Assembly (NCBI RefSeq): GCF_006345805.1 | Contig: NW_021836179.1 | Span: 219,415-283,414 of the forward strand | From: Octopus sinensis | Taxonomy: Eukaryota | Reading direction: 5' to 3' | Length of the DNA: 64,000 bases | Shown: positions 23,501-34,965 of the stretch, one piece after another | How positions within the stretch are numbered: position 1 is the stretch's first letter | Layout: each line of letters opens with the position of its first letter | Made by a program: the position numbers and the translations under genes | Notes under the pieces: model-generated | Told to the model about the DNA's origin: nothing | Seen by the model: the letters and a program-made list of their open reading frames with translations, nothing else | Database searches by the model: none

Positions 23501-26074
23501 TTATATCTACAGGACCTGACAGTTTCTGATAAAGCCAGACGTATTCCTCTCCCTAAACATTTGGGAGACGAAGAACCAACGGATATTAATCGTTTGGTTC
23601 TTACTGAAAATAATCTGATTGCAGGATGTGACTGGGAGAATGGAAACATTAAGATATTCACATTGGATGGTCACCTTATGGATTCAATCAAAGTGAATGT
23701 TAATTTTGATATTAAAATGTGTCGATGGCAGTCAAACACACTGGTCATTACGAGTTGGGATTATTTTGATGATAATACACACCAACTGTTGACATTAAAA
23801 GTGGAGTTTCCATTGTCGTTGGTAATTTACAAAACGAGAAATAATTATAATTGTGTGGCTTCTTTATCAAACAATCAACTGGTTTTGAGTGAATGGAGAG
23901 ATGAAAGACATTTGCATTTTGTTGATATTGATGAAATACATTCGAATGTGAAGGAAATAAAAAAAATAGACATACCTGAACCATTAATAAGAAGAGACAA
24001 AGATGGAGATTATTCTGGTAGAATCCTGGATATTAAAGTTACTGATGAAGATGTCATCATTGTCTTAAACAGGAGATTCATCATTTTCTTCAACAGAGGT
24101 GGTCAATATTTACATTCAGTCAGACACTACATGAAGTGTTTTGATGTTGACAGGATGACAATTGATGACAGTTTTTTGTACATTTATGGTCGGTGGGAGA
24201 AATGTTTTTATTCATTTGGATATCAAAGCATTTTGTGTTTGACCCAGAAAGGGGAATACGAGAGAATATTTTTAAATGAAAGAATTTATAAAGATGAATT
24301 AGATTTCACCAGTATAAACTGTAAAGGACCAAGGTTTGTTGGAAGCTCCGAAAGGAGAGAGAGTGAATTGTATGTTGAAGGGTTGTTTATGGTGAATCGA
24401 GACAGCTTCCCGGTTGCTCGTTTACAAACAGACGAATGTCCTGTTCAAGTGAAAGATTTTGATGTCTCTGAGGAAGGAAAGACAGTTGTGTGTGAAAAAG
24501 CCAATAATGGAAATGTTAAAATATTCGATGAAGACGGCCAGTTGCTATGTCACAGAAATGTTGCAAGTTTAGTTGGTGGTGTGTGTTTTACACAAGAATC
24601 ACACATAATGGCCACGGTTCCTAAAAGGAAAGAAATATTTCATCTGAATGGAGAAGATTTGCAGACATCTCAAGTTTGGTCGAGTCTCATCCCTTATGGT
24701 GTAATATGGAGAAAAGTGGTGGGTATTTACTGGTGTGTACATAATGAATTGATTGAATGTCATTGCATAAAGATTGATGGGGACCAAGTGAACATTCTGG
24801 AATCTGTGTCGTCATTAAATCTTGATTCTGGTCTTCGTTTCCCTTCCATTACATCTGAAACGAACAAGGAAATATTCAGTAATGAATTAATTAATAAATT
24901 GGAATACAGAGGAGGAGATGGAGATGGAGGAGGAAGAAGAAGAGGTAAATCAGGTGAAATAATTGGTAAAGGTAGATTAAAGGTGAGATGTGGTAATTAC
25001 ATAGCGGAGATTAATAATTCAGGAATTGATGAAATATCAGTGAGGAGACTTCCATATAGGACAGCAATGGTCCCTTTTTCCATTCCTGCATTCGAGGAAC
25101 CTGTTGATTATGATTTGTGGGACATTAGGGACCGGAACAGTAAACTAATTAAGTTAGATGAGAATGTGAGTGTGTTGATGTTTCGAGAAAGTGTCACATT
25201 AATCAGAACAACAACAACAACAACAGTGGACATACTTCAACATGAACAACAACAACGACCACCACTGGACATATGTCGGTGGACAGAGGAACGTTTCATT
25301 GTCGCCTTTGGGAGAGAAATGAGGGTCTTCAACAGGGATCTCCATCGTTTAAAAACCATCAGTACTGAGAAATACTACAACAGGATTTATAAATACAACG
25401 ACAATCAACTCGTGTGTGGTGGTCATTATATTAGAGACATAACTCAAGAAGAGAGACACGAGAAATACAAAAGAATGTGGGAGAACAACAATTTTTACTA
25501 TTATTGCGATGACCCCGACATCTTTGACCCTTATTATGTGGATGTGGTTGATATCAAAGATGGGAAATATAAAGATGAAGTGTGTCGTGGGAAGATGGGG
25601 AGATGTGGAAGGTTGGAGGGAGATGAAGGGGTGTGGGGTGTGGGAGTCACATCTTTTGGTGATGTTTTTGTTGTGAGGAGGGAGATGAAGAAGGAGGGGG
25701 ATGGAATTTGGGAAGATTTTTGTTTTGTGGAATGGTTCAGGGAAAAGTCTTTGGTGAGGAGGATAAGAATAGATGAACCGTTTTATGATCTGGAATATTG
25801 TATTCCAAGACCTCGTCTGACCATAATTGGTGAATGTGTTTATATAACAGATTTAGAGAACAATATTTACGAAATACCTCGACATATTGAAGAGGAAACA
25901 TCTGAAGATGATGAAATCCTGGAATTAAAAGATAATCCAAAATATTTACTCCTCAGAAAGGAGGATAATGAAGTCTCTGAAGTTCTTGGTTTGGATGTTT
26001 CAGACAATTCTTTGATGGTTTTTGGAATTATTCCTGGACGTCAATCTTTTGCTTTCTTTTATTTTGACAAATAA
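20524..26074 (+). pseudogene. Intronless multi-beta-propeller (NHL-like) gene, ~1849 aa if two frameshifts are repaired; pseudogene, assembly error or N-terminally truncated gene
   Basis: ORFs 20524-21318, 21315-21701 and 21758-26074 join by adding one A at the A5 run 21311-21315 and removing GT from (GT)3 at 21694-21699. Acceptor TTACAG at 20511-20516, 7 nt before the ATG. Repeating blade motifs throughout. Fold is inferred from pattern only. Confidence 0.75.
21797..26074 (+). CDS. Intact 1425-aa frame from the first ATG after the second frameshift; about five NHL-like propeller modules, no signal peptide seen
   Basis: 4.3 kb without a stop in AT-rich DNA; recurrent motifs DICRW-x4-I/F-x-V, x-V-S/T-D and K-I-F-x-x-D-G. 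Confidence 0.75.
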   Translation: MSKDFWPKLSYNHQLHTPSLKDYIDIENCYNITNILPMSTSSILIIYKNKKAKLFTDNGEIINQNNSVFLELPSFCCRINANRFLVFYREKKGFQYITCPELRKGPLIKVQTDYMKICHIVSNKCLAVTTTENKSEVHILLINEDKVDIAERISLGHHNVSIAATPINFVVVDGNENKMVFYSTCGEELFQKYLPFYGYPHHIYSDNVYFYVLFRRHSILICYDLHGQIKWQWELPFPVHPHIAVFQGTLYVPDTQLNRVLLYKYQDRSSACLLPIKNPYIRNLNLRLKEKENDQKLVIGEICNLANGQLVVSDINHDCLLYISEEGDIVSRLSLPSTATDICRWDSNHIGVTLPLQKQLRVIGNLSKRVRSVSLRQPYVRMCKMGEGEIICYCDKPSHLDILAINYYNQVEVIKTINIPVFVKSLSIDKKTEKLLIVTREKAFQYNTRIGGGGHGGDGSISSSDGMVSSDSETKTEAFFKDISGGGHGGHQMVPSVLMSQVKRPLSLQGGSIDQTSVYLIDRSCMFAINDQNLLVTDLVTNNQLNYYIDLVDVFSRNISLSEMLSSILYLQDLTVSDKARRIPLPKHLGDEEPTDINRLVLTENNLIAGCDWENGNIKIFTLDGHLMDSIKVNVNFDIKMCRWQSNTLVITSWDYFDDNTHQLLTLKVEFPLSLVIYKTRNNYNCVASLSNNQLVLSEWRDERHLHFVDIDEIHSNVKEIKKIDIPEPLIRRDKDGDYSGRILDIKVTDEDVIIVLNRRFIIFFNRGGQYLHSVRHYMKCFDVDRMTIDDSFLYIYGRWEKCFYSFGYQSILCLTQKGEYERIFLNERIYKDELDFTSINCKGPRFVGSSERRESELYVEGLFMVNRDSFPVARLQTDECPVQVKDFDVSEEGKTVVCEKANNGNVKIFDEDGQLLCHRNVASLVGGVCFTQESHIMATVPKRKEIFHLNGEDLQTSQVWSSLIPYGVIWRKVVGIYWCVHNELIECHCIKIDGDQVNILESVSSLNLDSGLRFPSITSETNKEIFSNELINKLEYRGGDGDGGGRRRGKSGEIIGKGRLKVRCGNYIAEINNSGIDEISVRRLPYRTAMVPFSIPAFEEPVDYDLWDIRDRNSKLIKLDENVSVLMFRESVTLIRTTTTTTVDILQHEQQQRPPLDICRWTEERFIVAFGREMRVFNRDLHRLKTISTEKYYNRIYKYNDNQLVCGGHYIRDITQEERHEKYKRMWENNNFYYYCDDPDIFDPYYVDVVDIKDGKYKDEVCRGKMGRCGRLEGDEGVWGVGVTSFGDVFVVRREMKKEGDGIWEDFCFVEWFREKSLVRRIRIDEPFYDLEYCIPRPRLTIIGECVYITDLENNIYEIPRHIEEETSEDDEILELKDNPKYLLLRKEDNEVSEVLGLDVSDNSLMVFGIIPGRQSFAFFYFDK

Positions 26075-26142
26075 ATATTTCCAGAAATATTAAACTTCAA
26101 TCTTCTTCTTCTTCTTATTATTATTGTTGTTGTTGTTGTTGT

Positions 26143-26202
26143 AAATGGCTTCGCACGGGAATCGAACCTGCATCGCATACATTGCATTCTACACACTAAC
26201 AC
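26143..26202 (-). pseudogene. Degenerate tRNA-like or SINE-head fragment
   Basis: Minus strand has TAGTGTGTAGAAT (A-box-like) and GGTTCGATTCCCG (B-box); cloverleaf incomplete. Confidence 0.35.
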
Positions 26203-26342
26203 TTATTGTTGTAACATTCCTCAACACTCTCTCTTTGTGTGTGTGTGTATATCTATATACAGTATATATACATGTGTTTATATATATATACACACATATT
26301 TAGGAATGTATGTATAGAAGTAAGGCTATAAGTATGTATGTT

Positions 26343-26389
<47 letters not shown>

Positions 26390-26464
26390 GCATGCATGTA
26401 TGTATAGGAATGTCTGGTCCGAAAGCAGAGACTTTCATAATCATTGATTCTCCATTAAAAGGCA

Positions 26465-26615
26465 GACGACCACCACCGCCGTCGTGGTCGTGGCCGTCTC
26501 CGCCGTCGTGGTCGTCGTGGTGGTCGTCGTCGTCGTCGTCGTCGTCATCATCATCATCGTCATCATCATCATCGTCGCCATCATCGTCATCATCATCATC
26601 ATCATCGTCGTCATC
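26465..26615. repeat. (GTC)n/(ATC)n trinucleotide tract
   Basis: Direct inspection; shorter version at 40780-40842. Confidence 0.9.
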
Positions 26616-27554
26616 AGCGTTGTGTGTGCGTGTGTGCAGTCTGCATCTGACAGTTTTTAACGTTTAATAAGAATAGATTGTTGTTGTTGTTGTTGTTGCA
26701 GTGACATTCCAACTGCACACACACACAAACATTGCCTTTCGTCCTCGTAGGGTTGTTGTTGTTGTTGTTGCTGTTGGGGGTTCATAAAAAAAGAGAAGGA
26801 CACTTTAAGAAGCATTCAGTAAAAGCTTTCCCATAACTGGTCATTTTTCATGCTAGAAATAGAAACCACTTTACTTTTCATATAAAATTTGAAGGACAGC
26901 TAAGAAGCATTCATTTCATGCTAGAAAGAGCCACCTAAACCTTCACATTTTTGTTTCATCACAAATAAAAATTGAAAGACAATTTTCAAAGCATCCATGT
27001 CAAATATTGTCCTATAGATGGCCTAACATCATGCTAGAAATAACAGCCAAATACTCTGAAATTTGTATCGTTTTTCATCAAAAAAGTGAAGGACACTTTA
27101 AGAAGCAACTCTAAAGATATTGTCCTGTGGCGGTTTAAGTGTAAAATATTATAAAAGTATGCATCTATGAGTTTTATGTGTTTAAAAAACATAGCAAAGA
27201 CATGTGTGTATATGTAGGTATATATAAATATACATGTGTATAAATGTTCCTTGATGATGTATATGCTTCTTCCCTAATAACTTGCAGAGAAATGGATATT
27301 TTTCATGGAATTTCCTACAAATATGCTTCAGATGGTGTAGATTCCGATTCTATGGGGATTTATTGGAAAAACCTTTTTCATTCAGGGACAAACGGTTTTC
27401 CCAACTTGTAACTGGAGATGAAAAACAGATGTGTATGAAAACGCAATGCAAAAATGTTACTGGAGCTGGAATAAAGTCCCCCAAACAACAACCAAGGACG
27501 AATATCCATGCAAAATAAAAAGAAAAAAAGTTATGCTTTGTGTTTGGTAGGATC

Positions 27555-28010
27555 ATCATCATCATCGTCATCATTATCATCGTTTAACGTCCGTTTTCCA
27601 TGCTAGCATGGGTTGAACGGTTCAACTGGGGTCTGGGAAGCCAGGAGGCTGCGCCAGGCTCCAGTCTGATCTGGCAGTGTTTCTACGGCTGGATGCCCTT
27701 CCTAACGCCAGCCACTCCGAGAGTGTAGTGGGTGCTTTTTATGTGCCACCTGCAAAGGTGCCAGACAAGGCTGGCAAACGGCCACGATCGGATGGTGCTT
27801 TTTACGTGCCACCAGCACGGGGGGGGGGGCAGACGGGGCTGGCAACGGCCACGATCGGATGGTGCTTTTTACGTACCACCAGCACGGGGGGGGGGGGGGG
27901 TTGGCAGACGGGGCTGGCAACGGCCACGATGGTTCTCTTACGTGTCACCAGTACTGGTATCTCAGCTACAATTTCCATTAATGTTGAGAGATTTCGATTT
28001 CGACTTTCAC
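27555..28010 (-). mobile_element. RTE-type 3' end with poly-G expansions
   Basis: (CAT)n-CGTTTAACGTCC tail and repeated GGTGCTTTTTACGTGCCAC units. Confidence 0.75.
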
Positions 28011-28035
28011 TTTTATTTGATTTGATCATAAACGA

Positions 28036-28490
28036 TTTGATTTATTATGAGCTTCTCCCACAAAACCAGACAATTAATTCTGAAGTGTATTGCTATCAGC
28101 TGGCTAACTTGCAAATAATAAAAAAAAAAATCAAAGAATTGAGGCTGAAGATTGGACAACAGGAAAGAGTGGTAGAGTTGCAACAAAACAATGCCTGACC
28201 TCATGTCTTTGGCCACCGGAACAAAGCTACATGAACTTGTCCGGGATCTCTTAACCCCTCAACCATATTCTTCTGATATTGCACCATCCGACTACCACTT
28301 GTTCTTGTCTCTACAGAACTCATCACAAGGGAAAACATTTAACCATTTGAATGGAATCAAAATGCATCTAAATGATATTTTGTCTTTGAAATTATTCAAA
28401 TTTTATACTGATGGAATATTTAAATTGCCTAATAGATGGGAAAGGGTCGTTAATAATTAAGGGAAATTACTTCGCTGAATATAATATATT
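28036..28490 (+). mobile_element. mariner (DD34D) transposase C-terminal remnant
   Basis: IYYELLPQNQTINSEVYCYQL, PYSSDIAPSDYHLFLSLQN (the YSPDLAPSD motif) and FYTDGIFKLPNRWERVV; frameshifted. Confidence 0.9.
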
Positions 28491-28519
28491 GAAAGGTCAA
28501 TAATTTACATCCATTGCTC

Positions 28520-28900
28520 TTTATTCTTTTACTTGTTTCAGTCATTTGACTGCGGCCATGCTGGAGCACCGCCTTTAGTCGAGCAAATCGATCCCGGGAC
28601 TTATTCTTTGTAAGCCCAGTACTTATTCTATCAGTCACTTTTTGCTGAACCACTAAGTGACAGGGACGTAAACACACCAGCATCGGTTGTCAAGCAATGC
28701 TAGGGGTACAAACACACGCATATATATATATATATATACGACAGGCTTCTTTCAGTTTCCGTCTACCAAATCCACTCACAAGGCTTTGGTCGGCCTGAGG
28801 CTATAGTAGAAGACACTTGCCCAAGGTGCCACGCAGTGTGACTGAACCCGGAACCATGTGGTTGGTTAGCAAGCTAGTTACCACACAGCCACTCCTGCGC
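28520..28900 (-). mobile_element. S2 SINE
   Basis: Full head and tail on the minus strand. Confidence 0.85.
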
Positions 28901-29220
28901 CATTGTTGCATATTAAAAAAACCCTCAGAACATTCCAGACAATATAATTCTTTTATTCGTCACTAAATTGATAGACATTCAGAGAAGGGCATTGAGCAAG
29001 GCTTCAATAAATAGGAGGGAACAGGTGAGAACCTAAACCTGGTCAACTCCTACCTGCATACCAAATACATCAAAGTACTCATTGTTAAGTCTCACCAGCC
29101 ATTCATCTCCTAGCTTTTGCAGCAGCTACCATATAAGGGAGTGAGTCTCCCAGCCAAACGCTTCCTCTGGGGTCCAGATAAGTCCATTCTTTACCAGAGA
29201 ATGACTTTGCATTCACAATT

Positions 29221-29608
29221 ATATCAACCACCTCACCAACAACAACACTGAACACCTTTTTGATCTCCATGTGTCCAACACATGTGGACATGCCTACAAA
29301 GTCAGAAAACAACACAGCTCCCATGACTTTCGGAAACATATTTTCACTCTCAGAGTTGCTGAAGCATGGAACAAACTGCCTGCGTCAGTTGTTGACTGCC
29401 ATGATACTGCATCTTTTAAGGCCCTCATGCTTTCCGAAATCCGCCGAAACTACACCTGATTGCCCCCCTTCCATACTCATACACATATGTGTGTCATGAC
29501 TCATGCACTGTTCTTTTCCTGACGCTTGTACATTACCCTATGTACTACACATACACTTTAGATGAGTTGTAGTGCACCTGAGTACACAATGTTTTATTAT
29601 TATTATTT
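29221..29608 (+). mobile_element. CR1/L2-like LINE 3' fragment
   Basis: SNTCGHAYKVRKQ...FTLRVAEAWNKLPASVV is the conserved ORF2 C-terminus of CR1-like LINEs; (ATT)n tail. Confidence 0.85.
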
Positions 29609-30203
29609 TACTATGACTATCCTGCTTCCTGGTGAGAATGTAGTCAATCTGGTTTGTGTGCCACAAGATTCATAGGTGATCATATGGCTGGTGGGCTCCC
29701 CCAAAATCTGAAGTTAGCATGACAAAATCAGAGTGGGGTTGAAAATGATCAGAATATCCTCCAAAAAGTTTCTCAGTTTCATGAAGGTAATTTTCATCTG
29801 GACCCCTAAAAGCATATCTCTGCAGAGTTTAAAGAAAATACCAAGGAATCAATCTGGTGTGGGGCACTAAACTATACTTATGCCTTATGTTCTTCCTTCG
29901 TGGTCTCTTCTATTTTGTACTTGGGGTCATTATTTATTTGACAACTTTACAATATTGCAGTGTATGAAAAGCATTTGAAAGCAAATAAGCAGTAGATATA
30001 CTGCAAAGGATGCAGTATTCAAGAAAGAACAAGGTGTGTGGTTGTTAGGAGGAAGTGGTTTGATATAGAGGTCCATAAATTGCAGAAAGGGAAAAGGTTA
30101 AATAAAAAACCCGAAAGAAATCTAAGTTTTGAAAATGCTTTAATTTCAATTGCACAGAGCAGAAGATCATTAAAGATAAACAGCAAACAAAAAATTGTGG
30201 AAG

Positions 30204-32039
30204 CTAGCTCTTTCCTTTCTCCCCTGTGTGAATAAAATTGTGCTTAGTTAAGTGAATTTTTTGAGAGAATGATTTACCACAGATATCACACTGATATGAT
30301 TTCTCTCCTGTATGAATAAATTTGTGCCTAGTTAAGTGACTTTTTTGAGAGAATGATTTACCACAGATATCACACTGATATGGTTTCTCTCCAGTATAAA
30401 TAACACATTTGTGTTTCTTGAAGCTACTACTATGAGAGAACGATTTACCACAGATATCACAATGATAGGGTTTCTCTCCTGTATGAACACGTATGTGGTC
30501 AGTTAAGTGAATACTTTGAGAAAATACTTTACCACAGATATCACAATGATATGGTTTCAACCCAATATGAAGGCGTTTGTGTTTTATCAAGTTACTATTA
30601 TAAGAGAATGATTTACCACAGACGTCACAATCATATGGTTTCTCTCCTGTATGAATATGTTTGTGTTCCGTTAAGCTAATATTTCGAGAGAATGATTTAC
30701 CACAGACATCACAACGATATGGTTTCTCTCCTGTATGAATATGCTTGTGTTCTGTTAAGCGAATACTTTGAGAGAATGATTTACCACAGACATCACAACG
30801 ATATGGTTTCTCTCCTGTGTGAATACGAATGTGTTTAATTAAGATAACTTTTTGAGAGAATGATTTATCGCAAATATCACACTGATATGGTTTCTCTCCT
30901 GTATGAACACGTTTGTGTATAGTTAAGGCACCATTCTGAGAGAATGGTTTACCGCAGATATCACACTGATATGGCTTCTCTCCTGTATGAGTACGTTTGT
31001 GAGCAGTAACACTACCACGGTTAGTGAATGATTTATCACAAATATCACAGTCATTTGGTTTCTCTCCTGAATGAATAGGTTTAGTTCCATCAATATTTGC
31101 TGTGTATGAGTTACCACAAATATCGAAGTGATATGGTCTCTCTCCTGTATGAGTACGTTTGTGTTTAGATAAGGTACCACTTTCAGGGAATGATTTACCA
31201 CAGATATCACAGTGAAATGGTTTTTCACCTGTATGTGTACGTTTGTGTCTAGCTAAAACACTATTTGAAGAGAATGCTTTACCACAGATATCACAGTGAT
31301 ATGGTCTCTCTCCTGTATGAACACGCTTGTGTATAATTAAGGCACGATTATGACAATACGATACACCACAGATATCACACTGATATGGTTTCTCTCCTGT
31401 GTGAGTACGATTGTGCTTTGTTAAGGCAGTATTTTCAGAGAATGATTTACTACAGATAACACACTGATATGGTTTCTCTCCCGTGTGAATACGTACGTGT
31501 GTAGATAAGTGAGCACTTTGAGAGAATGATTTACCACAGATGTCACAATGATATGGTTTCTCACCTGTATGAATAAGTTTGTGACCAGTTAAGTGACCAC
31601 TTTGAGAGAAAGATTTACCACAGACATCACAGTGATATGGCTTTTCTCCTGTATGAACGCGTTGGTGTGTAGTTAAGTGATTAGTCTGAGAGAATGATTT
31701 ACCACAGATATCACAATGACATGGTTTCTCTTCTGTATGAATACGTTTATGTCTAGTAAAGATACTAATATGAGAAAAGGATTTGCCACATATATCACAA
31801 CGATATGGTGTCTCTCCTGTATGAATATATTTGTGTTTCATTAAGCTACTATTTTGACAGAATGATTTACCACAGACATCACAGTGATATGGTTTATCTC
31901 CTGTATGAATACGTTTGTGCCTAAGAAGGTCACTTTCTTGAGAAAAGGACTTTGTACAAATATCACAGTCATATGATATCATCTTTTTCATCATGTCTTC
32001 TAAGGATATCAATTCTACAATATTCTCTCTCTCTTCCAT
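30204..32039 (-). CDS. ZNF-A: C2H2 zinc-finger protein, 611 aa, ~19 canonical plus 2 degenerate fingers
   Basis: Uninterrupted TGEKP-linked array after a 21-aa leader [15 protein letters not shown]... Confidence 0.92.
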   Translation of the reverse strand: MEERENIVELISLEDMMKKMISYDCDICTKSFSQESDLLRHKRIHTGDKPYHCDVCGKSFCQNSSLMKHKYIHTGETPYRCDICGKSFSHISIFTRHKRIHTEEKPCHCDICGKSFSQTNHLTTHQRVHTGEKPYHCDVCGKSFSQSGHLTGHKLIHTGEKPYHCDICGKSFSQSAHLSTHVRIHTGEKPYQCVICSKSFSENTALTKHNRTHTGEKPYQCDICGVSYCHNRALIIHKRVHTGERPYHCDICGKAFSSNSVLARHKRTHTGEKPFHCDICGKSFPESGTLSKHKRTHTGERPYHFDICGNSYTANIDGTKPIHSGEKPNDCDICDKSFTNRGSVTAHKRTHTGEKPYQCDICGKPFSQNGALTIHKRVHTGEKPYQCDICDKSFSQKVILIKHIRIHTGEKPYRCDVCGKSFSQSIRLTEHKHIHTGEKPYRCDVCGKSFSRNISLTEHKHIHTGEKPYDCDVCGKSFSYNSNLIKHKRLHIGLKPYHCDICGKVFSQSIHLTDHIRVHTGEKPYHCDICGKSFSHSSSFKKHKCVIYTGEKPYQCDICGKSFSQKSHLTRHKFIHTGEKSYQCDICGKSFSQKIHLTKHNFIHTGEKGKS

Positions 32040-32864
32040 TATTTATCCTCTCAGATCCCAGTTTATATATTTTCCTTGCTTTTGTTCGTATGCTTTATTT
32101 TTTCAAATATTTCTTTGGCTGAATCTCTGTCCAGTGTTACCTTTCTTTAGCAACACTTCCATAAATTAAATCCAACTTCAATCAGCAAACAGGTTCCTCT
32201 TCTTCACACTCCAGTCAGGGAGGGTCACAAATTTCGCTAATAATATTATGTCAAAGCAAATGTTTCACAGGAATTCTTCCACGTATTTGTAGAAACAATC
32301 TGATACATCTGTTTCATGGAATAATTTCGTTTAGTCTTTAAAACACGGGAGATATTGAGGATGATTCTTCTGTTGTGCCAATGTCATCTGATGTCCTGAA
32401 ATTATAAAGAAACAACAGCGTAAGATGGTAGAGGCTACTTAAAAAATACAGAAATACGGAAAAAAAATACAAAATAAATAGTTTAAAAACTGTATATAAT
32501 AAGATTAAATGGTACTTCGTGGGAGAGGGGATCATGCTGCTATTTCATTCGTTTCATGTGGGTTTTTTTTGGTCCCCACTGTGGTGTTGTGCCTGTCGTT
32601 TTACTGCCCACTCTATTGTTTTATAACTATTTCTGGGCAATGGTAAAGTGAGCGCACACCACCGAACCGGACCCAGAACCTAGCCATAAACCTTAAGAGG
32701 GTGCACCATAAAAACACAATCAGGAATTTACCTGAATGGTAAAAGCAAATTACCTCCCCTTGTACGGTCCCACACATTCCTCTTTCTATTCGCGGGAACC
32801 CGAGTTAGGGGGTCTTTAAATGGATGAATCTTCCTAATTTTTTGCACACACCGTTTATTTTGTA

Positions 32865-33188
32865 TACTCTTTACTCTTTTACTTGTTTCAGTCATTTGGC
32901 TGCGGCCATGCTGGAGCACCGCCTTTAGTCGAGCAAATCGTCGACCCCGGGACTTATTCTTTGTAATCCCAGTACTTATTGTATCTTTTGCCGAACCGCT
33001 ACGTGACGGGGACGTAAACACACCAGCATCGGTTGTCAAGAAATGTTGGAGAGACAAACATATACACATACAAACACACACACATATACGACAGGCTTCT
33101 TTCAGTTTCCGTCTACCAAATCCACTCACAAGGCATTGGTCGGCCCGGGGCTATAGCAGAAGACACTCGCCCATGATGCCACGCAGTG
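32865..33188 (-). mobile_element. S2 SINE truncated by a deletion and fused to a MITE interior
   Basis: Ends at CCACGCAGTG and joins AAAAGGGTTTCTG; the intact counterpart is 44170-44552. Confidence 0.75.
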
Positions 33189-33538
33189 AAAAGGGTTTCT
33201 GTTATCTTCAGAAATGTAAACAAAGTCACGTGTGTACCTATACCGAAGGATCGCCACATACCCTAACTCTACCCCCCCCCCCCCATATATATTAAAAAAA
33301 CCCACTTTTCTGAAATGTATCTGGTACTTCCTGAAGTACACCGGTACTTATACCGTAAGATCGCCAGAATTAATTTATTTGCTCGAAAAATATTCAATTT
33401 GTGTAAAACAATATTAATTAATTTGTGTATCGCGCATGCGTGAATCTAATCATTTGCGCACGCGCAAGACGTTGTAGGATCGACTACTCTAGACTAGCTA
33501 GCGCGAGTGCGCGCACCGGGACCACTGTTCGCTAGTTG
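33189..33538. mobile_element. Right half of a CG-rich fold-back MITE
   Basis: Matches 45106-45448 of the complete copy. Confidence 0.6.
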
Positions 33539-33804
33539 TGCCCACTTATTGCCGATGCAAGCACAAGAGATGATGAGAATATCACAGAATGGGCGGGGGT
33601 GAAGCGTGTGTAGACACCACCTTACGGTAACACTAAAAGCTAAACCGAACGACGGGGCACAGTAAAAGATCAGATTAAAAAGGGACGATATCGCGAGATC
33701 CCTTACATAATTAAAAGCAGTCTTCGTCACCTTACATTGCCCCTCGCCAACTCCATATCCTTAAGATTTAGTGCCTCTATGTTGGCATTGTACTTAAGTA
33801 CTGC

Positions 33805-34710
33805 AGAAATAGCAGCCAAATCTCGCATTAATCATAGAACCTTTCAGTCACTGCTAGAAATAGCAGCCAAATCTCGCATTAATCATAGAACCTTTCAGTC
33901 ACTGCTAGAAATAGCAGCCAAATCTCGCATTAATCATAGAATCTTTCAGTCACTGCTAGAAATAGCAGCCAAATCTCGCATTAATCATAGAATCTTTCAG
34001 TCACTGCTAGAAATAGCAGCCAAATCTCGCATTAATCATAGAATCTTTCAGTCACAGCTACAAATATATTTCTTTACCCACAAGGAGCTAAACACAGAGG
34101 GGACAAACAAGGACAGACATAGGTATTAAGTCGATTACATCGACCCCAGTGCGTAACTGGTACTTAATTTATTGAACCCGAAAGGATGAAAGGTAAAGTC
34201 GACCTCGGCGGAATTTGAACTCAGAACGAAATACCTATTTCTTTATTACCCACTAGAAATAGCAGCCAAATCACACACAGATCATGGAATCTCTCTTCTA
34301 TAGCTAGAAATAGCAGCCAAATCACACAGATCATGGAATCTCTCTTCTATAGCTAGAAATAGCAGCCAAATCACACACAGACCATAGTCTCTCTTCTATA
34401 GCTAGAAATAGCAGCCAAATCACATACAGATCAGGGAATCTCTCTTCCATAGCTAGAAATAGCAGCCAAGTCACACACAGATCATGTAATCTCTCTTCTA
34501 TAGCTAGAAATAGCAGCCAAATCACACACAGACCATAGAGTCTCTCTTCCATAGCTAGAAATAGCAGCGAAATCATACATAGATCATAGAATCGCTCTTC
34601 CATAGCTAGAAATAGCAGCCAAATCACACACAGATCATGGAATCTCTGTTATATAGCTAGAAATAGCAGCCAAATCCCGCACAAATCAGGGACATCTCTC
34701 GTTCATAAAA
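33805..34710. repeat. 51-bp minisatellite (5 type-1 and ~9 type-2 units) split by an S1 SINE fragment at ~34065-34250
   Basis: Constant core GCTAGAAATAGCAGCCAAAT plus a 31-nt variable part; 17-aa periodic ORFs. Confidence 0.9.
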
Positions 34711-34792
34711 CACAGAAGAGACACAAAGAATCGAGGCGCCAAAGACCGAAAGTCTACAGAATTAAAAACAATGAAAATCTTCTTTGCTTAAT

Positions 34793-34965
34793 ACTTACGG
34801 AAATGTTTCATGAAGGATAGTGTTGTTATATATGTGTGTGTCAGGCAGGTGAGGAATAAACTTCAAGGGCCTATTACAAGGATCGTCATCAGCTGAGAAG
34901 GGAAGATTCTTGTCAGAAACGGATTCGCAGACTTTTCTAGGAAAGTACTTCCAATGCGCATGCGT
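34793..34965 (-). promoter_or_regulatory. Putative ZNF-A promoter/exon 1 with donor CC|GTAAGT (34798-34793) and GCGCATGCG (34956-34964)
   Basis: Donor and the GAAAGTACTTCCAATGCGCATGCG motif are conserved upstream of A' and B'. GCGCATGCG resembles the NRF1 site and GGAAGT an ETS site (inference). Confidence 0.6.

Noticed and set aside
26338-26667. Poly-Ser ORF
   Set aside because: Translation of (TA)n and (GTC/ATC)n microsatellites.
27825-27905. Poly-G runs as a G-quadruplex element
   Set aside because: Homopolymer expansions within an RTE-derived repeat and prone to sequencing error.
30923-31228. Alternative-frame ORF inside ZNF-A (and similar antisense ORFs in ZNF and propeller genes)
   Set aside because: Expected shadow frames of repetitive finger codons; no independent signal.
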